In this document: positions 54,110 through 64,000 of the stretch, in pieces
Layout of the letters: every line of letters begins with the position of its first letter
How positions within the stretch are numbered: position 1 is the stretch's first letter
Source of the DNA: Lama glama
Taxonomy: Eukaryota
Reading direction: 5' to 3'
Length of the DNA stretch: 64,000 nucleotides
Assembly: GCA_028534125.1 (NCBI GenBank)
Contig: CM052818.1
Location: 17,920,001-17,984,000 of the forward strand
Notes under the pieces: generated by a model
Databases searched by the model: none
Told to the model about the DNA's origin: nothing
What the model saw: the letters and a program-made list of their open reading frames with translations, nothing else
Made by a program: the position numbers and the translations under genes

Positions 54110-54977
54110 ATAAAGAAGCAGAGGAACCACTCCCAATTAAAACAAGAGAAATCCCCTGAAAGAACAAATGAGGAAACAGACCTCTCTCATCTGCTAAGAC
54201 CTGAGTTCAAAAGGGAGGTAATAAAAATGCTGAAGGAATTGTTAGAAATGCAGATCACTGTAACAAGGAACTAGAAACTATAAAGAGCAGATAATTAAAA
54301 TTAGACAATTCAATTGCTGAGATAAAAACCAAGCTAAAGGCAATAAATAGCAGTCTAAATGATGCAGAATGAATAAGTGATCCATCCAGGAGACAGAATA
54401 ATGGAAATCACCCAATCAGAAAAGCAGACAGAGAGACAAATAAAAAAATTTTGAAAGCAACATATGAGATCTTTGGGATAATATAAGCGGTGCCAGTCTG
54501 TGCATAATAGGAATCCCAGAAGAAAAGAGAGTAAGGGAATCAAAAATCTTTTTGAAGAAATTATAGCTGAACACTTCCCAAACCTAAAAAAGGAAATGGA
54601 TATCCAGGTACAGGAAATAAAGGGTCACAAACAAGATAAACCCAAAGAGACTTACTCCAAGACATACCATAATTAAAGCGGCAAAAGTTCAAGATAAAGA
54701 GAGGATTCTAAAGGCAGCAACAGAAAAACAAAGAGTCGGTTACAAAGGAAACTCTAAAGGGTTATCAACTTATTTCTCTACAGACACTTTGCAGGCCTTA
54801 AGGGAGTGGCAGGATATATTCAAAGTCCTGAAAGGGAAAAACCTGCATCCTAGGATATTCAACCCAACAAGATTATCATTTCAAAGAGGAGAGATACAGA
54901 ATTTCTCAAACAAGCAAAAACTAAAATACAGCAATACAAAATCTATCCTAAAAGAAATATTGAAAGATCTTCTCTAA
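54110..54977 (+). pseudogene. L1 ORF1 remnant
   Basis: Start codon reads ATA (KKQRNHSQLK follows); C-terminal QALREWQDIFKVLKGKNLHPRIFNPTRLSF; interrupted by stops and frameshifts. Confidence 0.88.
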
Positions 54978-55437
54978 ATATAAAGAAGCAAGAATCTATA
55001 GGAAAGAATCTGTATCACAATAGGAAAGACAAATACACAAAAAGATAGATGATCACTTAAATAAACCAGTACACAGATTTAAATAAACAATCAAATTGTG
55101 TGAAAGTGATTACAACTACAATGAACAGAAAAAAGGTAAGCATGAAGATGTAAAATAGGACATTAAAATCACAAATGTGGAGAAGGGGAGTAAGAAAATA
55201 TACATCTTTTTGAGTGTGTTGAGCTTACACGGCTATCAGTCTAAAGCAAGCAGGTATAAATATGGATTAACATACCTGATAGCCAGGGTAACCACAAATC
55301 AAAAACATACACTAGATTTATAAAAACCAAGAAGAAAAGAACTGTAGCATAACAAAAAAGAAAACCAGCAAATCACAAAAGGAAAAACAAAAAGAAAAGA
55401 ACAAAGAAGAAATACAAAACCAACTACAAAGTTCAAA

Positions 55438-56806
55438 ATGGCAACAGATACATATCTATCAATAATTACCTTAAATGTCAATGGACCAAATGCTCCCATC
55501 CAAAGAGAGAGTGGCATACTAGATGATAAAACAAGAACCTACAATATGCTGCCTATAAGAGACCTACCTGAGAGCAAAGGATACTCACAGATTGAAAATG
55601 AGGGGATAGAAAAAGATATTTCAGGTAACAAAGTGTGGGTAATAATATTCAGATGAGACAAAAAAGACTTTAAAACAAAGGCCATAAAGAAAGACAAAGA
55701 AGGGTACTATATAATGATAAAAGGATCAAAACAAGAAGAGGATATTATGCTCATTAATATATATGTAACCAATATGGGAGAATCTAAATACATAAAACAA
55801 ATACTGACAGACATGAAAGGAGAAACTGATGGAAACACAATAGTAGGAGATTTTAACACCTCAGTGACATCAATGGACAGACCTTTCAGACAGGAATTCA
55901 ATAAGGCAATAGAGACTCTATATGACACAACAGAAGAGTTAGACTTAGTTGATATCTATAGGACACTAAATTCAAAAAAAAAAAAAAAACCCAGGATACA
56001 CATTCTTTTCAAGCATATATGGATCATTTTCTAGGATAGATCACATACTCAAACACAAAATGAGCCTCAACAAATTTAAGAAGATAGAAATTATTTCAAG
56101 CATCTTCTGACCACAACAGCATAAAACTAGAAATCAATCACAGAAAGAAAAACTAGGAAAAAATGATTGCATGGAGACTAAACAATATGCTACTAAAAAA
56201 GCAATGGGTCCACAATAAAATGAAAGATGAAATTAAAAAAAAACCTTCAGACAAATAACAATGAAAATACAACCATACATAATCTATGGGATGCAGCAAA
56301 TGCAGTCCTAAGAGGGAAGTTCAAAGCGATATAAGCCTTCCTCAAAAAATAAGAAAAATCTCAAACAACCTAACCTACCACCTAAAAGAATTAGAAAAAA
56401 AGAACAAGCAAAACCTTAATTTGGCAGAAGGAAGGAAATAATAAAGATCAGGGGAGAAATAAAGAAAAGAGATAAAAAATAGAAAAAAAAAACACAATAA
56501 AACCAAGAACTGGTTTTTTGAAAGAATAAACAAAATTGACAAACCTCTGGCCAGGCGCAAGGAGGAAAAAAAAGAGAGAGAACACAAATAAACCAAATAA
56601 GAAATAAACAAGTGGAAATAGAAACTGATACCACAGAAATTCAAAAATTGTGAGAAATTACTATCAACAGTTATAAACCAATAAAATAGATAACCCAGAA
56701 GAAACGGGTAAGTTCCTAGAAACATACAGTCAGCCAAAACTGAATCAAGGAGAAACAGATAATTTGAACAGACCAATCACTAGAAATGAAATAGATTCTG
56801 TAAGAA

Positions 56807-56842
<36 letters not shown>

Positions 56843-59220
56843 ACTTCCCGCAAACAAAAGCCCAGGACCAGATGGCTTCACTGGGGAATTCTGCCAAACG
56901 TACAAAGAAGAACTATATCTATCCTCTTCAAATTCTTCCCAAAGACTGAAAAGGAAGGAATGCTCCCAAAGTCTTTCCATAAAGCCACCATCACCCTGAT
57001 ACCAAAACCAAAGATCCTACCGAAAAAGAAAATTATAGGCCAATATTTTTGATGAATATAAACACAAAAATCCTCAACAAAACATTAGCAAATCCAATAT
57101 ACATAAAAAGGATCATACACCATGATCAAGTTTGATTCATTCCAGGATCACAAGAAAGTTTCAACATACGCAAATCAATCGATGTGATACACCATATCAA
57201 CAAAAGAAAAGACAAAAACCACATGATCAGCTCAACAGATGAAGACAAAGCATTTGATGAAATTCAATATCCATTCATGATAAAACCTCTTGCTAAAGTG
57301 GGTATAGAGGGAACATATCTCAACATAATAAAAGCCATTTGCAACAAACCTACAGCCAATATAATACTCAATGGTGAAAAGCTGAAAGCACTCCCAGCAA
57401 AATCTGGAACAAAACAAGAATGCCCACTCTCACCACTTCTATTCAACATAGTATTGCAAGTCCTAGCCACAGCAATCCAACAAGAAAAAGAAAAGGTATC
57501 CATATTGGAAAGAAAGAGGTCAAACTAACATTATATGTAAATGACATGATACTCTATACAGAAAACCCTAAGTACTCCACACAAAAACTATTAGAACTGA
57601 TAAATAAATTCAGCAAGGTAGCAGGATATAAGATTAACATAAAGAAATTTGTTGCACTAACTAAAAATTTCTTTACACTAACACTGAAATATCAGAAAGA
57701 GAAAGTTAAAAAAAAAAATCTCCTGTAAAATTGCATGAAAAAAAAATACCTAGGAATAAATCTGACCAAGAAGGTGAAAGACTTATATGCAGAGACCCTC
57801 AAAACATTGATAAAGGAAATTAAAAATGATACAAAGAAATGGAAAGGTACCTCACACACTTGGATTGGAAAATCTAATTTTGTTAAAATGGCCATAGTAC
57901 CCAAAGCAATCTACAGATTTAATAAAATCCCTAAATTATCCCTGGTATTATTCACAGAACTACAACAAATAACCCTAAAATTTCTATGGAACCATAAAGA
58001 CTCAGAAATGCTTTGGCAATTCTGAGGAAAAAGAACAAAGTTGGAATCATAACCTCCCAGACTTTAGATATAGTACAAAGCTACAATAATCAAAACAGTA
58101 AGGTACTGCTATAAATTCAGACATATAGATCAATGGAACAGAATGGAGAGCCCGCACATCTACAGTCAATTAAACTTCAACAAAATGAAGCAAGGAGACA
58201 CAATGGAAAAAAGAGAGTTTTTTCACGAAGTGGTTTTGGAAAAGCTGGAAAGCCTCAGATAAATCAATGAAGTTAGAACACTCCCTTATACCACACACAA
58301 AAATAAACTCAAACTGGCTTAAATGTAAGATAAATATATCTTAAGACAAATATAAGATATGACACCATAAAATTCCTAGAAGAGAATATTGGATGCAAAT
58401 TATAGTAATATCTTCTTAGTCTCTAAAAGCAAAAGAAAAATTTTTTTAAATGGGACCTTATCAAACTTACAAGCTTTTGCACAGAAACCGTAAACAAAAC
58501 AAAAAGACAGCCTACAGAATGGGAGAAAATATCTGCAGACAAGGCGACTGACAAGGGCTTAATTTTCAAAATAAACAGATAACTCATACAACTCAATATC
58601 AAAAAAACCACAAACAACCCAATCAAAAACTGGGGCAGAGGACTGAAATAGACATTTCTCCAAAAAAGACATAAGGATGCCCAACAAGGACATGAAAATA
58701 TGTTCCACATTGCTAATTATCAGAGAAATGCAAATCAAAACTACAGTGAGGTATCACCGCACACCAGTAAGAATGGCCATTGTCAAAAAATCTACAAATA
58801 ATAAATGCTGAAAAAGTTGTGGAAAAAGGGAACCCTCCTACACTGTTAGTTAGAATGTAAATTGGTGCAGCCACTATGGAAAATAGTCTGGACGTTCCTT
58901 AAAAAAATAAAACTAAAAATAGAGTTATCGTGTGATCCAGCAATCCTACTCCTGGGCACATATCCAGAAAAGATGAAAACTCTAATCCAAAAAGATACAT
59001 GCACCACAATGTTCAAGCAGCACTATTTACAATAGCCAAGACGTGGAAGCAACCTAACTGTCCACTGACAGATGAATGGATAAAGAAGATGTGATACATG
59101 TATACAATGGAATACTACTCAGCCATAAAGAAAATGAAATATTGCCCTTTGCAACACCACAGATGAACCTGGAATTTATCATACTAAGTGAACTGAGTCA
59201 GGCAGAAAGACAAATGCTAT
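55438..59220 (+). pseudogene. L1 ORF2 (endonuclease/reverse transcriptase) remnant
   Basis: [50 protein letters not shown] (degenerate FADD), KYLGINLTK; many frameshifts. Confidence 0.95.
56808..56840. repeat. (AAC)11 microsatellite inside L1 ORF2
   Basis: Visible run. Confidence 0.95.
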
Positions 59221-59539
59221 AAGTTATATGATATCACTTATATGTGGAATCTAACAAAAAAGACACAAATGAACTTATTTACAAAATAGAAACAGATTCG
59301 GACATAGAAAACAAACTTATATCTACCAAATGGGACAGGAGAAGGGGAGGGATAAATTAAGGATATGGGATTAATAGGTATACACAACTATATATAAAAT
59401 AAACAATAATAATTTACTGTATAGCACCTGAAATTATGTTCAGTATCTTGTAATAACCTACAATGGAAAAGAATCTGAAGATGTTCACCAGAAACTAACA
59501 CAACATTGTAAATCAATACAGTTAAGTACTTTTTAAACA

Positions 59540-60225
59540 AAAATGCTTACTATCTAGTGGAAAGAAAAACGCTGCACACTGCAGAGTGAAAAGTGGTATG
59601 ATGAATGTTTAAAGAGCAGTATATTCAAGAGTGACACAGAGGAGAAAAATAAGGCAATGCTTGTTTGCAGGGGAAAGAGGAAGGATGGAAAAGTATTGTT
59701 AAGGACAACCTCACAGAAGAGAGGAAACTTTCAAAGACTATTGAAATATAATTAGAAATTTACAAATTAAAGAAGGGGAAAAAAAGGAACAGCAAGAGGA
59801 GAGATACTAAAGCATATAGCTGTATGATGTGTACAGGAAGTAAGTACTTTAGTGATATTAAAGCATAACCTATTTTGATGGATATGGCTGTTGCTTCCTT
59901 TTCAGAGTCTCTAGAGGGTGAGAAGGGGTTATGCTGTGGGAAATTGGTGTGCCATATGAAAAAATCTGAACTTAACACATAATTAGCAGGTAGCTTTAAG
60001 AGAGTTGTACCAAGGGAAGGGGCAAGGTCATATGTGCAACTTAGAATGGACCACTCTGGGTAGAGTGAGATGGATGCACTAGAGATGAGAGGAAAAAGCA
60101 GAACATTATGGGGAGAGAGAGAGACCTGTGAGAAGACTTGAGATTGGATGCAAGTAAAAAGAGTGGAAAGGCTGCTTTCCAAATACATTTAGGAAGTAAA
60201 CCAGAAAAAAATCGGCAACTGGAAT
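59540..60225 (-). mobile_element. L2 (right part, continuing past the L1)
   Basis: Purine-rich antisense L2 pattern ('tagaatggaccactctgg', 'catttaggaagtaaa'). Confidence 0.55.
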
Positions 60226-60496
60226 TTGTAATTTGAATTTACTTCAACATCCCATCTTTAGCTAAGAAATTTCCTTTTTGTTTGGACAAATTTTAACTTA
60301 GTAAAACAAAACAACAAAAAAACGTCCGCTAGTAAGCATGGGAATTATTCTGCTCTGGGATAGGATTTAGGCCTCAAGAAAAATGAATTGTGTGAATCAT
60401 TATGCAGTGTTCACAGCTCACGGCAGCCACATGGTGAGTTCATACAGAACTGACACTCCTCTGGGCCCTTATTTGGTTGCACCTGACATGGTTTCT

Positions 60497-60645
60497 TTTT
60501 TTTTTTTTTGAGGGTGTGGGTAATTAGGTCTGTTTGTTTCTTTGTTTATTTATTTATTTACTTTTAAAGAAGGTACTGGGGATTGAACCCAGGACCTTGT
60601 GCATGCTAAGCATATGCTCTATCACTCGAACTATACCCACCCCCC
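60497..60645 (-). mobile_element. Camelid Vic-1 type SINE
   Basis: 'ggtactggggattgaacccaggaccttgtgcatgctaagcat..ctataccc'; T-rich tail on the left. Confidence 0.92.
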
Positions 60646-61007
60646 TATATTTTTTTAAATGAGGAAGTGTGCCTCCCACTAAGTGGTTCCTGGGAAGTAG
60701 TCAGGAAGGCACTCTGGTGCCACATTGGGTACAATGCACACTTTGCTAACTCAATCTGGCGATTTTATGCCCAGACTGACTTAATGTGAGGTTCAAGTTA
60801 TTTTAAAAAGTGGAATACATAACATATTAAATGTGAATATATTAATATACATTTATTTAATATATATTTAATTTTGACCAAGCCTACAGGGAAATTGCAA
60901 AGTTTTTATGTCTCAAGAAATTTTAAGTATCTTTAATCAAAAGATAAGAAATTTTTATAATTATATTTTTGTTTCATGCCTACATTTGCCTTATTTCTTT
61001 GTGTACA

Positions 61008-61952
61008 ATTTTTAATAAAGTTTTACTTTATGTAAATGTTTAAGGTTTACATAAAAGACACATACAGATAGTACAGACAGTTCCCATGTTTCCACCATCC
61101 AGTGTCCCTGATTATAACATCTTATATTAACCAGGATATATTTGTGAACATTTAAAAATTAACACTGGTGAGCTACTCTTAACTAAAGTACAGACTATTC
61201 AGATGTCACCAGTTTCTGTACAAATGTCCTTTTCCTGTTCTGGACACAATCCAAGATACCGTGCTGCATTATTTTGGACTATTGTCTGATGTTTCTCTCA
61301 TGATCAGATTGGGGTTGTGGGTTTGGGGAGGGAGGGCACAGGAAATGCCCTTCTCTGTCATCCTATCAGGGGATAAGTGACAGTGATGGGGTTCCTCACT
61401 GGGGATGTTAATCATGATGACCCAGTTAAGGTGGTGTCTAACATGATTCTCACTGTAAAGTGACTGTTTTTCTTTTCTATACTGTTCTTTGGAAGGAGTC
61501 GTAAGTGCAGCCCACACCGAAGACAGGGGGAGTTATGCTTCGCTTCCTAGAGGAGGAAATACCTACATAAATTATTTGGAATTCCTTTTAAAGGGAGATT
61601 TGTCTTTTCTGTCCCCACTTATTTATTCAAACATTTATGTCAATATGTCATGGATATTTATTTTATACTTTGCGTTAAAATCTAATACTATGTCTTTGTG
61701 TATGTGTGTGTGTGTGTGTGTTGTTGTTCAAATTCTTTCACCTTTGGCCACTGGGGACTCTTCCAGATTGGCCCCTGTTCCCTTTGGCATGCCCACATGA
61801 TTTTGCTTTCTGATCAGTTCATTACTTTCTGGCCCTACACGATGCTCCAAGTTCATCTTGGGTAATATCTTCCCCTGCCTTAGATTCAGCCAATTTCTCC
61901 AAGGAGTCCTGGGTCCTTGTGGTGAAGAATGACATTAAGCTATCAAGATCTG
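61008..61952 (-). mobile_element. Old L1 (L1MC/L1MD-like) 3'UTR, containing a (TG)n run at ~61700-61720
   Basis: 'aatgtccttttcctgttc', 'gattggggttgtgggtttggggaggg', 'cagccaatttctccaaggagtcctgg'. Confidence 0.8.
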
Positions 61953-62369
61953 AACTAAAATGCTTTTTGAAAACACTTTGTTTTCCTATTGCTTATCTTG
62001 TCCTCTAACAGCAAACCACAAAGGTCATCCTGTCCTGTCATTCTTGTCTAAAGAGCGGTTGAGAGTTTTTTAAAACTACAAACTCCTGGCACCACTGTTG
62101 GGAACTAAGACTCAGTAAGCTTACGGTGTGGGGTGCTGGCCTGGTGGTATGGATGCTGCTATGTATTTTATGTAATTTTGTTATGAAAAATAGTTCAAGG
62201 ATTACTGCATATATAATAAACTCCTCTCTGTTTACAGTGGAATCAAAAGAGGCCCAGAGAATGAAGCACATGCCCAAAGACACACAGCACAGGAAGCTAT
62301 GTCTTCCCCCAGCACATCAGACATTTCCCATGCTCACACGCTCAGTGTATTTTTACTCATACCTTTTAA

Positions 62370-62542
62370 ATCCATGAGTCTCAATCCTGGCTTTTTCTGG
62401 GGGAGCTCAAAAAAATCCCTTTGCCCAGATCTTACTCTTAGAAATTCTGATTTACATGGTCTGAAGTTGTACTTAGCAGCTAGGTTTTTCGTAAAGCCTT
62501 ACAGGTGACATAATGACCTGGCAGTGCTGAGAATTACTGCTT
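62370..62542. mobile_element. MER5A-like hAT-Charlie MITE
   Basis: 'ctgggggagct..aaaaatccc..gccc', 'agaaattctgattta', 'caggtga', terminal 'gctgagaattactg'. Confidence 0.7.
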
Positions 62543-64000
62543 TAAAGGAAAAAACTCAATTCCATCAGGGCTCAGATACTGCAGATTATGTTTTCTTTAT
62601 TGTGACATTTCTGAGTAATATTTTATTTATATTAAATAACTTGACATCCCAGGTCCACCAATTTAATTTGACAAACATTTACTTTGTGGGACTCTCTAGG
62701 GAGGGAGAGATTAAGAACATGAATCAGTTATAGTCTCTTCCAAGAGCTTAAACTATGATGGGTGGGTGGGGGGCATCTGATATGGACACATATCAGCAGA
62801 ATGACAAATAGAGACAGGTGAGAGCCAAGAGGAGCATGAAGTGCTAGGGAGGAAAATGGGGCGTTCAAAGGACAAATGAAATGGTGCCTTCCTTCTGAGA
62901 CTTTATTACCCTCCATGGATGGCCTCTGCCAAAGCTATAGCTTTTCAAGAAAACCAGAAGTCCTATTATTTTGTGTGAAAAGTCCATTAGCATCACACTT
63001 TAGCTAACATGGTTATCGCCCAGTTCTTGATTAAGCTCCCTCAAGCGGGATGCTAGGCAAACCGTGTTAACAATGAATCCAGCTGTAAGAAAACTTATGT
63101 TATTTTTAGGCATCTTGACTGAAAATTGCTTTGTCCCCTAGCTGGGCAATGCTTTTATTACTGTTTGTACTGCCGGCAAATTAGATTGCGTGTTGTAGAA
63201 ATTATGCATAATGGCACTCTTTTTAATATTTGCTACTGTAATCACTTCTGTAATTATGAAAGGGAAGCCACTGCTGCAAGCTGCTCCTGTGGATGGCTAG
63301 TTCACTGAGTTCTAATGATGGTATCTACGGAAAATTCTCTCTGCAAAGGCCCTGCTAGCAAGCGCCTCCCCAGTGATGTGAGGCAGATAAGCTTTATCAG
63401 ATGCGGCTAATGAGTTTGATTTATGATGCTGGAGGTTCAATCTGACAAGTTATTTTGGGTTTTAGACATTCACATTCCAGCCTTCGGTATGTCCTCCCTC
63501 ATCCATTGAGGAAAAGAAAGAAACCTGTTAGAATGTGAAACCAACAGGCATTGTAATGTAACACTGATTATAGAACACATTTTCCTTAAAAAACTCCCTC
63601 CTGGGTGCAGTGTCAAGTCGTGTAATCCATATCAAGAACAAGATGCATGAAGCTGTTAATTGAATAAAGGCTAATTAGTAACCAAGAAATGCCTTCCATG
63701 TTGGCTCTGGGAGTTGCCTAAAACCCCACAAGGAATGGGTCTCCGTTTTCACAAAGTGAGGTGGTGCCCCTGCAGCCGCTCCTTCCCTGGTTTGGCTTGG
63801 GGCTCATCGTCAGTTCCCAGTCTCCTGATTGATACCGTTGACAGAAAATGCATATTACACAGTGTGTAAGCACATCCCAAGAAAAAACTGTAAACCCAGT
63901 CTAGCTTTACAGGTAACCAAAGCAGTGGCCCATAGTTGTGTGATCTGTGGGGTCTCCAGGAGTTTCCTTTTCCCCACGCTATCCTCCAAACACCAGCCCA

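Larger units (their letters stand above)
52863..59539 (+). mobile_element. Full-length (~6.7 kb) decayed L1 (element C) with TSD
   Basis: 5'UTR, ORF1, inter-ORF spacer, ORF2 and 3'UTR in order; TSD aagatgcttacagtctag (52845-52862) / aaaatgcttactatctag (59540-59557). Confidence 0.97.

Noticed and set aside
63760..63780. CTCF-like motif on the minus strand (ggctgcagggggcacc)
   Set aside because: Mismatches at core CCA positions make it too weak to call.
1..64000. Prokaryotic-type systems (CRISPR arrays, operons, defence islands)
   Set aside because: The sequence is mammalian repeat-rich DNA with no long intact ORFs or regularly spaced repeat-spacer arrays.

Overview
AT-rich mammalian genomic DNA, most likely camelid (alpaca/llama/camel). 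The inference rests on two tRNA-derived Vic-1-type SINEs and cetartiodactyl-type L1 and ERV1 LTR sequences. The window looks intergenic or deep intronic, and I cannot support any intact host protein-coding gene or RNA gene. Much of it is transposon-derived: a near-complete Tigger1, one full-length decayed L1 with target-site duplication (TSD) at 52863-59539, three internally deleted related L1s, older L1 fragments, solo LTRs (MER41-like, MLT1A, MER34/39-like, MLT1J, a cetartiodactyl ERV1 LTR), an ERVL protease fragment, and MIR, L2, MER5 and microsatellite remnants. The most notable pattern is that two independent L1 copies keep the 5'UTR and jump into ORF2 from nearly the same 5'UTR position, losing ORF1. 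A few unique-sequence segments look regulatory or exon-like. I found no convincing novel biological system. Repeat family names come from my recognition of consensus sequences, not from a database search, and boundaries are approximate.
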